Of a DNA stretch of 40,215 nucleotides, positions 11,700 through 23,286 are shown piece by piece. The stretch comes from Nemertoderma westbladi. Lineage: Eukaryota > Animalia > Xenacoelomorpha. Made by a program: the position numbers and the translations under genes. The notes under the pieces were generated by a model that was given only the letters and a program-made list of their open reading frames with translations, was not told the origin of the DNA and searched no databases. The DNA lies in assembly GCA_032718475.1 (NCBI GenBank), contig JAUCBJ010005659.1, positions 1-40,215 of the forward strand. Reading direction: 5' to 3'. Numbering within the stretch: position 1 is the stretch's first letter; every line of letters starts with the position of its first letter.

Positions 11700-12650
11700 C
11701 TATCTGGCAACTCTAAATCTTCATTTAGTTGACCTCAGTCAGGTCAGGTCCCCAGATCCTGCTACCACTATGGCAGTAATGTGGTACTACCTGTAGCTGT
11801 CAGCCCAGTAGGGCAGGCCCGATAAGCGCCAGTAGCCTACTCATTATTTAGTTGATCAAGAGTGGGTTGGTTTAGGCTATAGCGCCTAGGGCACCATAGG
11901 CAAAGGCTTGATACGCATCTGTAATAGAGATGATACACGCCCCACTCTGTCTATACTGGATACCTAACTCATGAGTTTGGTCTGTATCTGTAGACTGTAC
12001 ATCTGCCTCAACGGTTAGAGGCCGGGCATCCTGTTTGTCTAGTTAGCCCGGGCAATTGATTCACCCAAGTATTAGAAGGGACATCAGGCTCCGTTCCTCG
12101 CCAGTAGTAGTTTGTGTACTTGGTATCTGTTTATTTAGACACCCTGCACTGGGATTTCTTGTCAGGTACTGTACGAACCCGTATACACTACTGGATTCTA
12201 GGTGGTATACTACCGGACTTATCAGAGATGAAAGAGAGAGTGTTGGGTGCAAGTGAGGAAGTAGAAGTTTCGAGCAATGGTTTGTATCATGGTTGGGAGT
12301 CAGTCTGCTGGTGTTAAAGTAACAGTGCCTAAATGTGGACAGTGTGCAAGGAGTAAGGAGGGTGATGGAGATTGTTGTGGGAGTTGCAGGCGAGAAATGG
12401 AAAGAGAATGGATGGTAGGTGGAAATCTTAAAAATACCAGTATTAGGTGTTCCAAGGTTATGCAGGGTAGTTGTGAACACTGTAGGACTTGCATGATGGA
12501 GATCAGAAGAGAGGCTGTATCAGGTGGAACATGGAGTGGTAAATGTATGGAATGCATGAAATGGTTTATGGGTGCTGGTATGTATTGTGGGTGTCATCTA
12601 CGGCACATGAGCTAGAAGCCCTCTCCACAAACTCTCCACGAAGTCTCCAC
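11700..12650 (-). other. Highly decayed coding-like remnant, possibly an SGNH/GDSL-like ORF of a retroelement
   Basis: The minus strand reads SLLILG followed, after a frameshift, by ESIARA (cf. L..GDS motif), then weaker GA.GA and VVAG motifs. Many stops. Confidence 0.2.
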
Positions 12651-12661
12651 AAACTAGAGGC

Positions 12662-12721
12662 CTAATCGCCAAACTCTGTCTTCTGTCTCTGGCTGGGGAT
12701 ATTGAGACCAACCCAGGACCC
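12662..12721 (+). other. 2A-like (StopGo) ribosome-skipping peptide LIAKLCLLSLAGDIETNPGP
   Basis: Exact D(V/I)ExNPGP consensus at 12698-12721 with a hydrophobic upstream helix; in frame with the PHD finger (CPVC..CESC....HLKC..CNSC) and with ORF 12818-13189. Confidence 0.85.
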
Positions 12722-13852
12722 AGCAGGACGCGGGCCCCGAAGATCAACTGTCCCGTCTGTCAACGAGGAACAAACTCTCGGAGTAAGATCGTCCATTGCG
12801 AGAGTTGTGACACATTTGTGCATTTAAAATGTTACCTTAGGAAAAGCAGTAATTTATTCTCCACCAGAAACAATCTTGAGCCAAGTTTTCTCTGCAATAG
12901 CTGTATTTTTACCGAACTTCCCTTTCATGATACTATTTTAGAATCAGAAACCGACGATTCATTCCTCACATCGCCTCTGCAAAATCCAAGTGATGCTGAG
13001 AGTGAAACTTTTAAATTTTTTAAGAAAAAAGGTCTCAATTTTTTGCATTTAAATGCACGATCTCTGCTTCCCAAACTTTCCGAAATTCGTATTTTAATCA
13101 ATAAATCCAACCCAGCAGTTTTAACAATCTCTGAAACTTGGCTCGATGATAGCGTTTCTGATGGAGAAATTTATATAATAATTACGTAGTTTTACGTAAG
13201 GATAGGGACAGACACGGTGGTGGTGTCTGTACTTACATTCGATGTGATTTAGCTTTTAATCGTAGGGAAGATTTAGAGACTTGTGACAAAGTTTTACTGG
13301 TGGAACTGTTACTTCCTAAAACTAAACCTATTTTAATCGGTACTTTATATCGGCCCCCTAAACAATCAGATTTTTTGCAAAATTTTGAAAATACAATTTT
13401 ATGTAATCTTAGGTCAGACTGTGAAATATATTTCTTAGGTGATTTTAATATCTGTTACCATCACAAAGCATCCCCCATCTGTAAACAGTACCAAAGTATT
13501 TTAAATTTGTTTGGTTTAAAACAAATTATTCGAGATTCTACCAGAATTACCAGTAAAACTTATACTTTACTAGATCAGAATCCTTTGTAATAATACCGAT
13601 ATTATTTCTCAATCTGGGGTTTTACCTATAGGTCTAAGTGATCACTTTATAGTTTTTTGCACAAGAAAGACACAAAAATCTTTTTTCGGTGATCATAAAA
13701 CAGTAACAGTTAGGTCTACATGTATGAAAAATTACAGCAAGGAACGCTTTTTATGTTTGTTAGTAAGTTCTGACTGGGAACCTTGTTTTAAGGCCGCTGA
13801 CATTAACCTTGCGTACACTGTTTTTAAAAATATATTTCTAAAGGCACTTAAT

Positions 13853-14335
13853 ACTGTAGCGCCAATTAAAGAAATTAGTCTTAAACAACGCACTGAGCCC
13901 TGGATGACCTCGGGTATTCTTAGTAATATCAAAGAAAAAGATACTATTTGTATAAATTTATGAAATACCGTGTTTTAGCTGATTATAATAATTACTGCAA
14001 ATATAGAAACCTTGTCCAAAGGGAAATAAAAAAAGCTAAACCTGAATATTTGTACAACAAAATAAGTGAGAATAAAGATAATCCTAAAAGTCTGTAGCTG
14101 TCTGTGGCTGTAAAAGACTGTAGCACCAATTAAAGAAATTAGTCTTAAACAACGCACTGAGCCCTGGATGATCTCGGGTATTCTTAGTAATATCAGAAAC
14201 TATTTGTATAAATTTAGGAAATACCGTGTTTTAGCTGATTATAATAAAAAAATAAAAAAAAATAATAAAAAAAGCTAAATCTGAATATTTGTACAACAAA
14301 ATAAGTGAGAATAAAGATAATCCTAAAAGTCTATG
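13853..14335 (+). repeat. Internal tandem duplication within the LINE (period ~264 bp)
   Basis: ACTGTAGC(G/A)CCAATTAAAGAAATTAGTC...GATAATCCTAAAAGTCT occurs from 13853 and again from 14117. Confidence 0.9.
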
Positions 14336-16270
14336 GTCTACCCTAAAATCTTTAGGTTATAAAAACCTAAATCTAAATCGAATATTGTTCTGCAAGATAA
14401 CGGTGAGCTGATTCATGATCATACTCTAGTTAGTAATTTATTTAATAATTATTTTACTAATGTTGCCTCTAATTTAGTTAAGAAGTTACCGTTATCAAGT
14501 AATAAATATAGTATAGGGTCCGAAACCCTAAATAATTTTTATTTAGAAAAGGTACAAAATTCAGAAAAGTTATTTTTAAAACCCGTTTCTGAGGATTTCG
14601 ATTTTCAAAATCTACTTAGCCTCTCAGCCTCAAAAAGTACCGGTCTAGACCTAATACCTGCCCGTTTTCTTAAGGATGGTGCTGAAGTACTTAAAGTGCC
14701 TATTACTTTTATTATTAATTACTCTATCGTAGATAATGTAGTACCAGACGAACTGAAATTAGCTAAGGTTGTTCCTCTGTATAAAAAGAATAGTAAAGTA
14801 GAACCCTGTAATTACAGACCTGTTAGTATCTTAAGTATTGTATCTAAAATTCTAGAACGTTCTATTTTTCTACAGCTTGAAGCACATCTTAGTAGGCTAA
14901 ATCTGATCTATGAACTTCAGTCCGGTTTTCGGAAATCATATTCTACAGACACCTGCCTTATTAACTTAACTGATACAATTAGATGTAATAACGCAAAGGG
15001 TTTATATACTGGTATGGTAATGTTGGACCTACAAAAGGCTTTCGATACTGTAGATCACGAAATTCTGCTTGGTAAGTTAGGCCTGATGGGTGTAGGTTCT
15101 ATAGACTGGTTCAAGTCCTACCTGTCAGACAGAGGTCAAACTGTAGTCATTAGTAAATCACAGTCTACTGTACAAAATATTACCTGTGGTGTACCGCAAG
15201 GTAGTATATTAGGTCCTCTGCTTTTTGTATGCTATTTAAATGATATGATAAGTAGTATAGATCCCGATTTTAAACTCATTTTATATGCGACGACAGTGCT
15301 CTGATTTTCTCTCATAAAGATCCTATCCATATTTCCCAAAAGTTAAGTGCAGTTAATCCTGTAATGAGTGCTTGGTTGATAATAGAAATATATTTAAATA
15401 CAAAACGAGCAATAACATACAAGATAATAACATAATAATATAGATACATAATATACAAGACGAGCGCAACGACGCAATAAGCTATCCATTCACTACGGTA
15501 AGAATGAAAGTATTTTGTTTGGTTCCAAAAGAAAGTTAAAGAAGGTAACTAAGTTTGAAGTCACCAGTAATGGACATAAGATTGAAATTAAAAAGGAAGT
15601 TAAATATTTAGGCGCCACATTGGATAACTGCTTATCAGGAGAAAGTACAGTGAAAAATATTTTCTCGAAAGTTAACAGTAGGCTTAGGTTTCTATACAGA
15701 AATAAAAATAGTTTAAACACCGACTCCCGCAAGTTACTTTGCTCTTCTTTAATACAGTGTCACATGGACTATGCATGCTCTTCTTGGTATGAAGGCTTAA
15801 CCAAACAGCTTAAATGTAAATTACAAGTAGCTCAGAATAAAGTAGTACGATTTATTAAAGACTACAAACCTAGGCACCACCTAACTCCAGATGACTTTTC
15901 TGAATCTGGACTACTTAACTTAGATAGTAGAGTTAAGCAGCTACGCCTTAACCATGTGCATAAAGTGTATAACGGTAAATGTCCCAATTACCTAAAAGAG
16001 TACGCGATACACACTCTTACAGTACCAGAGCTAGTGCTTCAAACTTCTACCTCCCGAATTATAAATCCTTCGAATCTGATACTTTCTTTTTTAACGGTAT
16101 TAAAAATTGGAACGCTCTGCCTAATGAAATTAAAAACCTAAATAATCAACATTCTTTTAAATCTGCAGTTAATCTCACCTCCGTGTGCAATGTAAAAATA
16201 GGTACAATAGTCCTACATAAGTTATTAGTTTATTAATTATTCACTATTTATACTGTAATTACGTTTTATA

Positions 16271-16895
16271 CTACTACTACTGGGATCGGCATGCTGCATT
16301 GCAGCTGCATTTTTAAGAATGCTGTGCCGGCTTATCGACAAAATTGCACCGCCACAACTCCCTATCGCCCATGACATTTGCTAGATCATCCGCATCTTCA
16401 AGGCCAGTGTCCTTTAAGATGCGTCTCAAGAAAGTCATGGGCTGTCCATCATGCTTATTCACTCCATGAGGCTGCCACAGTACAAGATTATGCACTGGCT
16501 GGTCCTCACGGCGAAAGCAATGTCCTGCAAAGCGGAGGCGATTTTGTTCTAGTGTCAAGCTTGGGGGAACCAATGAGACACCTCCAATGTTATATAGTGT
16601 CTGGTTGGAGATGTGTGTATTGTACTTGACACAATGAACCCGGCGTAGCATTCTTGTGAATGTGCCATCCAGAGATTTGGTGTCCTCAGCAGTTAGAGCC
16701 CAACATGGACTCCCATAGAGGAGTACTGGAACTACTGCTGCTCTAAATAATCGGACCTTAAGTTTCCGATGAATTCTCGGTGACTTCCAAATCCTGGAAA
16801 GCCTATTCAAGGCTGCCCAAGCCTTTCCCTTACGTATTCGAAGGTCCTCACCTGACTTCCGGATCCATGATCCCAGGTAACAGAAGTCATCCACA
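16271..16895 (-). mobile_element. 5'-truncated RTE LINE (family A) inserted in the 3'UTR of the L2/Crack-group element
   Basis: Open ORF 3' end (VDDFCYLGS...RLRFAGHCFR...DRELWR); (TAG)n tail; TSD TACGTTTTATA at 16260-16270 and 16896-16906. Confidence 0.95.
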
Positions 16896-17654
16896 TACGT
16901 TTTATAATAAATTGTTCTGTACATTACATCTTTATCGTTGAGTCGTACATAGTCACGCTCTTGGTAAAGTTGTACATGTACATAGTGTAATTACGTTTTA
17001 TATTGGTTTTAGGTTAGCGTAGTGTAATATTGTATTTGTAACCAAGTAACATAAAGGACCCCCTTGGAAATAAGCTGCAAAGCTTTAGGGGTAATCCTAT
17101 ATGTTATGTTGGACAATACCTTTATACCAGTACATTGTTTAGTTTATTTTTGTTATTGTTTTTACATAATGTATAAATAAATCTAAATCTAGCCAAATAT
17201 TAGGAAGGTTATTTTCTCTCGGTCTATGCCTGAGAAAAGTAATGACAGTTCTATTTCTAGGATATCATTGAGAAAGAAGAGTGTGGTTAATCAACCAGTA
17301 ACAGATAAAAATGGATGGACAACTGTTAGAGTAGGGAAGAAAAGTGTAGCTGCACCAGTAAGTAGCAATGGAGGATGTGATAGTTGAGGACTTCAGAAAG
17401 AGAAGGCGAGTACTGTTGTTTCAGGTAACATTGAGATGCAGCCTCACATCTGTAGCACCTCGAGTCCATTATTGCGTAAGAAAACTAATAAGTGCAGAGA
17501 CAGTAATGGCTTTATTGGGAAGAAGTTTTTATATTGTAAGGATTGCATAGTGTCACATATATATCATAGTGAAACAATACAACAAAAGAGGACATGGAAA
17601 TCAGGTGATAATATTTCTAGCTTGGGGTCTATTGATAGTTCATGGTCAAAGTCT

Positions 17655-17820
17655 GGGTAGGGGTGGGCGCTACTCCTATCCCAAGATTTGCTCCCAGTTA
17701 TTTAACTGGTACTCATTTTATCGACACCAGTGGATGAAAGGCTGAGTGGACCCTGGCGGGGCTGAACCTACAACCATTAGATTGCAGGCCCGGCGCTCAA
17801 CCAACTGAGATACCCCGCCT
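17655..17820 (-). mobile_element. tRNA-derived SINE
   Basis: Minus strand: A box TATCTCAGTTGG, B box GGTTCAGCCC, then CTCAGCCTTTCATCC...GTCGATAAAATGAGTACCAG, resembling a conserved central SINE domain. Confidence 0.75.
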
Positions 17821-18237
17821 CACTCCGCTACAATTCGCGTAGGGGGGAAATATTGTGGAAAATCTTACAAATGAAATTATAGGACATCCCAGAAGGATGG
17901 TTCCATTAATAGTGATGCAAGCATCACAATTATTGGAGAGTCTGCAGTCTGTCAGATATATAGATATATCCCATGGAATCTCTAGAACAAGTTTCTACAT
18001 CGTGCCAGTCATCAATAAGTACTCAATCACCAGAACTTCAACCATGCTCACTCTCTGTTCTCAGTTGGTGTACAAATAACCCCACCAAGAACAGGTATAA
18101 CAGATATTTCACCATCTCAAGATGTTCGCTTGCCACCACCCCATCCACCTTCTCCACAGCCTTCCACCTCCTGGGCTGTGCAGACCAACAACGCCCTACT
18201 TTGGTTTCAAAGTGAGGCAAGGAACAGATAACTAATT

Positions 18238-18625
18238 CTTGTTGATGTCCGTGGGAATGGAGACTGCATGTTTCATGCAATCTGACGATCAGATCAAACA
18301 CTTGACGATCCACCACTTTTAATGAGGAAGAAAGCACAAAAATAGTTTAGAGATAATGAATATTTTGTGAAATATGCTCCAGGTCCATTCGAACCAAGAC
18401 ACTTTACAATTTGTGAACCAATTGATACAATCACGTGGTAGGGTGTTTGGAAACTCTATCGTGTTGGAGGCCCTTGGTCATACATATGGACGTTTGTTTG
18501 AGGTGCTCACTACTGAGGGTGGCAGAGGGTTTATCGCAGAAGTTGGTGTATCAGGGACACCTAGGGTGGTGATTGCTCTTAGCAATGAAGAACGAACAGC
18601 AGTATTATGCTTTTATACCAAGGAC
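18238..18625 (+). pseudogene. OTU-like cysteine protease domain remnant (probably transposon-borne)
   Basis: LVDVRGNGDCMFHAI (Cys codon 18265) followed by a stop; FGNSIVLEALGHTYGRLFEV resembles the WG...L.AL...Y...I.V helix; EQQYYA lies at the expected HY position. Confidence 0.6.
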
Positions 18626-19694
18626 TATAGCTGCTGATGTGCCACCACCTTCAAACATAAACCCCATACCATTACCACCTCGAAGTACATCAACATCCTC
18701 TAGAGTACCACCTCGAGTTCAACAACAACACCCAGCCAGCACCACAACCAGCAGCAGAATATCAACCCTGAGTCTCTGCACCCCTCTTAGAAGAGTGTAA
18801 TGACGCAATGGATTGGGGTGAATTTTATGAAGTTGAAGATGCGCTATAATATTGTAATATTTTATCAACACCTTTATGGAATTCGATGGGGTTTTGGATT
18901 TTTATATTAAACACAATGCAAACATCATCATAAACATACAACATCCCATCCTCATTAACTTGAAGGTTTACTGAAGCTAGATCATCAGGAGCTTCTTTTC
19001 TGTAAAGGTGCGGCTTAATTCATTCGCTCTGTAGCACTGTAGGGTAGAATACAAAAAGATAATATTGAAGCGCCAATTTATAATTCAGGTGTAAGATAAA
19101 TTTAGAAAAATAAATTTACAAATACTATTACAAATAAAACAAACCACATAAAATATAAGCTGGTTTGTTTGCTGGTTGTTATAGGAGATATTACGCTTTG
19201 AATTGAAAAGTACTGCTCATTAATTATCTCTATAAAACTAGACTGTTGACTAGACGCTGTCTATATCATTAACATAAATTAACACAATTGGAGTAGGTTT
19301 TTTCAAAGCACACGTTTTCATTATGAAATGTGAATAATGAAATTATTTCAGTCCCACATTCTGGTGTAATGTTTTCTTCTACGAAAATATTTCAGTTGAA
19401 AAAGTATTATGGTGTGAATAAATTAGTTACTATGCTAAATAGGGCTCAAAATCTCGAAATCTTGGCTGGCTGAATGGAGTATAAAATTAGTAAAAAGTGC
19501 CGGTGTCTCAGCTGCCACTGGTTTTTCTACTTAATAAATAAATGTTAGTCTCAACTACCTCAATTTTTTTTTAAACAGAACATTAGTTGGAAATACTAAA
19601 CAAAAGTTTGCACTAAACTCTAACTCTTTAATCCGTCCATAAATTCTCATAATAATGCAAATAATTATGCCAAACCGAATCCATAACTCTCTAA

Positions 19695-20322
19695 TATATC
19701 GTCCCTTTCATTTTCAAACAACCTAAATGACAAAATTGACTTTTCCTGTAAAACGGCAATTTTGATTCTAATTTTGTTTGCAAGTAATATTCCAGGATTT
19801 TGGTCTTATTTACTTTTAAATACATTAAATGTAACGATTTTAAGCAAAAAAAGTTATGGTATTGGAATTATGTAACATATTAGGTAGGAAACTATGTACA
19901 GGGATATAGGTTGTTTCAAAAAAATTATTACATTTTTTACAATGTTTGCACAAAAAGCATTAATTAAAACCCTTAAGACAAATTTGATTATTAAGTTTTA
20001 AAAATAAGTTTTAATAATAAACAACATTTCTATCTTCTGATTTGTTGTTGCCAATTTTATATCAACATTTCCGGGGCTTACTCAATTTTAATAGTAAAAT
20101 GTATTATATAGGTTATTTAAAAAAAAATTTATTTATCATGGACTCTATGCAAAACTGGCATATAGGTGGTTTTAAAATGATAAATATCTCAGTTATACGT
20201 GGGGCTATGGCCTTCTAAGTGTGTTAATCGAATTCAGAATACATTTTAACATAAAGTAATGCAGCAATTTCCATTTCGGCAAAAATGGCATATAGGTGGT
20301 TTCCAAATGAAAGGGACGATAT
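19695..20322. mobile_element. AT-rich DNA transposon remnant with internal inverted motifs
   Basis: ATATCGTCCCTTTCATTTTCAAACAACCTA (19696) is an imperfect reverse complement of TAGGTGGTTTCCAAATGAAAGGGACGATAT (20292); a third partial copy lies at ~20157. Confidence 0.4.
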
Positions 20323-20404
20323 CATTCATAACATTTCTAGCAAAGGCTTTGCTCGATTTCAGCAAATAGCGATCATTTACGGGAAACTTTATCGTCTGGC
20401 CATG

Positions 20405-20485
20405 GTCTCCATGGCAACTCCAGTTGTCCCGGTCTCCGGGGAAACTCCAGTGGTCCCGGTCTCTATGGCAACTCCAGTGGTCACG
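20405..20485. repeat. 27-bp tandem repeat x3, each with an X-box-like palindrome
   Basis: GTCTCCATGGCAAC (20405), GTCTCCGGGGAAAC (20432), GTCTCTATGGCAAC (20459). Confidence 0.85.
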
Positions 20486-21020
20486 GGGTCACGGGATCAA
20501 TGGGAATACCAACGTCCACAAATAATGATAATTGTCAAGATATATTCATGTTTAATGAAGTTTCGGTGTTGGATGTTATGATTGGGGAAGATGCTCGCAA
20601 ATGCTCAATGAGTATAGATATAGATGACGACATTTTGGAGACGACTATCACAGGCGATAATTCAATGAATCTTTTTGATTCTATGAAATTTGTTGAATCA
20701 TTAGTGGCATCAGATATTGGATCGATCTTGGCAATGTTTTCTTTCCATTTTGTGTAACGTTACATAAAATGGAAGGAAATTCTTATGAACACGTTTGTTA
20801 AACCTTCTTATGAATACCAGTAGCACCTCACCCTGCAATTGCAACTGCCTGAAGAAGAACTTAAGATTTTGAAGAAGTCTGCAGCATAATGCTTTCTCTT
20901 GCCATTCTGAAAAAACTTACTCCTGGCAATGCTACCTGATGAGAGAGTTGATATTCGGCGACTTGCTTTTGTGAGAATTTTGAGAGCACGGAGCAGATTG
21001 ATTCCTGAGACTCCTTAGAT

Positions 21021-21437
21021 TGACACCAAATCTCTGGATGGCACATTCACAAGAATACTATGCCGGGTTCATTTGTTCAAGTACAATACACACATCTCCA
21101 ACCAGACACTATATAACATTGGAGGTGTCTCATTGGTCCCCCCAAGCTTGACACTAGAACAAAGTCGCCTTTACTTTGCAGGACATTGCTTTCGCCGTGA
21201 GGACCAGCCAGTGCATAATCTTATGCTTTAGCAGCCTCATGAAGTGAATAAACATGGAGGACAGCACATGACATTCTTGAGACGCATCTTAAAGGACACT
21301 GGCCTTGAAGATGCAGATGATCTAGCAAATGTCATGGGTGATAGGGAGTTGGGGTGGTGCAATTTTGTCGACAAGCCGGCACATCATTCTTAAAAATGCA
21401 GCTGCAATGCAGCATGCTGATCCTAGTAGTAGTAGTA
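21021..21437 (+). mobile_element. RTE family A 3' end
   Basis: Closely matches the reverse complement of 16271-16685; ends in TAGTAGTAGTAG. Confidence 0.95.
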
Positions 21438-21439
21438 TC

Positions 21440-21695
21440 AACCACCCTCCATGAACGCAGATTTAGATTCAGTGCGCACTGCTGATGAAGTAAAGACGAG
21501 GTCATACCAGATCTACTTTTCTGGCAACCAACTCATAGAAAGCGTAGTCGTGGATGACCAGCCATAACATATATGATCAACTTGAAAGGGATACTGAACT
21601 TGGGAGAAACGAAATTGCGACAACTATTGAGAATCGGGAGGCGTGGAAGGATCTCATTTCCACAGTCCAAATTCGCTCGACCTAGTAGTAGTAGT
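21440..21695 (+). mobile_element. RTE family B 3' end
   Basis: Decayed LHERRFRFSAHC...LFWQPTH.KRSRG.PAITY.DQLERDT...NREAWKDLI; (TAG)n tail; second copy at 32585-32735. Confidence 0.85.
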
Positions 21696-21699
21696 AACC

Positions 21700-22350
21700 T
21701 TCACCACTACTACGACTCTCATTTAGACCTTGGTTTCTTTGTTGCCTTACTGCGTTAACGTCTTCATATTTGTGATTAGATATGTCCAAAGTTCGAGCCT
21801 GTGTTACTTCATTCAATTTAAGTATTTCTATTGTTTTGTCAAGATCCAAATCTTTCTTACTTAACAACTTTTCGCATATTTTTTCGTCCTTTATTCCTAA
21901 TATCAGTCGATCACACACAAGCGACTCACATAAGGTCTCAAATCAGCATGTTTCAGACAACTTTAATAATAATACTGTTATGTAACAATCAAGTGATTCA
22001 CTAGGAGATTGTTCCCGTTTAAAAAATACATACCTTTCATAAGTTTCATTCCTTTTCAGAACACACCTTTCTTCAAACTTTGCTAACACATGTTGAATTT
22101 TCATTTCATCTCCAGGGGTTTCAAAGTGAAGAGTGTCATACATATGCATAGCTTCTTTTCCAATCACAATAAACAGTGATGCCACTCGAATCTGTTTCCT
22201 GATTCCTAAACTGATTTCTTTGAAATCCCTGCCACAATCTCGTAGTATTTCCATTCTTGTTTGAATTCCTTCCAATTTTCACCACGGTGTTGATGGTCTT
22301 CCAAATTGAAAGGTTGGGGTGGTTTTGCTGTCATAGTCTTCAGTTGCCAT
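21700..22350 (-). mobile_element. Ty3/Gypsy gag remnant
   Basis: ATG at 22350; VASLFIVIGKEA, KFEERC..KRNETYERYVFFKREQ..ESLD.YIT.L, CDRLILGIKD...EKLL...DLDLDKTIEI; frameshifted. Confidence 0.85.
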
Positions 22351-22745
22351 TTTTTTTAGTGACTCTTACACACAATAATATTAATTGTAAGCCTATTCTG
22401 TAATTATTATACTAGTGAGTTCAATAACCATCACCAGTACAAACAGCTGTAATAATATTAAATAGTGTACAATGTTTACAGGTTGAGTTAATGGTATACT
22501 AGTATTTAAAACTATACTAGTATTATAAATAATTATTGTAACATAATAGACTGCATTGTAATAATGATAATCCTGGTTTTATTTGAATTATTTCATTTGT
22601 TTTAACTTGTTTTCTTGAAATTAACAACATTCTTTATTAGGGTATTTAGATTCAAAATGCTGAAAATCTAGAACATAAACATAAACGCCCCCACTAGAAC
22701 CACACAATTTGGAACTTAAACGCATTGAACTTTGAGTAAATACGG

Positions 22746-23221
22746 TATATGTTTTATTCATTCGACCTTCTTTCCGGTTTATGTAATGACTAATAATTAA
22801 ATAATTAGTGTTAGCACACCCACTACTGTTAATGCATTACCCATAACCGATATCAACTGTAGCTATATTAGGCCTACAAAGAGATGTGGACCATCAACCA
22901 TGAACCAATGCTTCTCCTGTAATGCATTATAGTCCATTAAGAACACTAATGGTTCTTATAGGTATATAATATATTATTCAACATATTTTGTTACTTATCT
23001 ACATTCATATATGTCACCCCAAGTAAATTAATGGAATAAATCACCTATTACCCTACATGATGGTGTTTATAAGGTGTTGTTAATTATTTATTAGGCCAAA
23101 GGAGGGAAAATGTTTATATACAGTACTTCATAATCATTTTATTCAAATTCTTACTTTACTAAGACCAAACTTTAGTTAAACCAAATTGGCATACAACTCT
23201 TGTCACCTACAGTAGATTATA
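22746..23221 (+). promoter_or_regulatory. Conserved non-coding module, copy B (orphan)
   Basis: CTAATGGTTCTT (22946), TAAATTAATGGAATAAATCA (23024), TTTATAAGG (23066), CCAAAGGAGGGAAAATGTTTA, TACAGTAGATTAT; closest to copy C. Confidence 0.6.
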
Positions 23222-23286
23222 TCCCAATTCAGTGTTACATTCACCCATTTTTAATAAAGAGATTTAACATACTTATATTTTCAAAC

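Larger units (their letters stand above)
12659..17190 (+). mobile_element. L2/Crack/CR1-group LINE, near-complete ORF2 (2A-like, PHD, APE, RT), inactivated
   Basis: APE: FLHLNARSL, ISETWL, YRPP, GDFN, SDH. RT: [39 protein letters not shown] broken by a 1-nt deletion near 15289, KYLG. 3'UTR stem-loop at 17054-17098 and an AATAAA(TCTAAA)n tail. Confidence 0.95.

Noticed and set aside
12056-12615. Cys-rich 112-aa ORF and overlapping ORFs as real genes
   Set aside because: Explained by G/T strand bias of a decayed repeat; no coherent domain pattern.
14696-15304. Prokaryotic retron/group II intron/DGR reverse transcriptase
   Set aside because: The APE domain, PHD finger, 3'UTR and simple-repeat tail identify an animal LINE.
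17750-17820. Functional tRNA gene
   Set aside because: Degenerate boxes, no proper acceptor stem, and it continues into a SINE body.
20285-20581. ORF with VSMATPVVP repeats
   Set aside because: Translation of the 27-bp tandem repeat.
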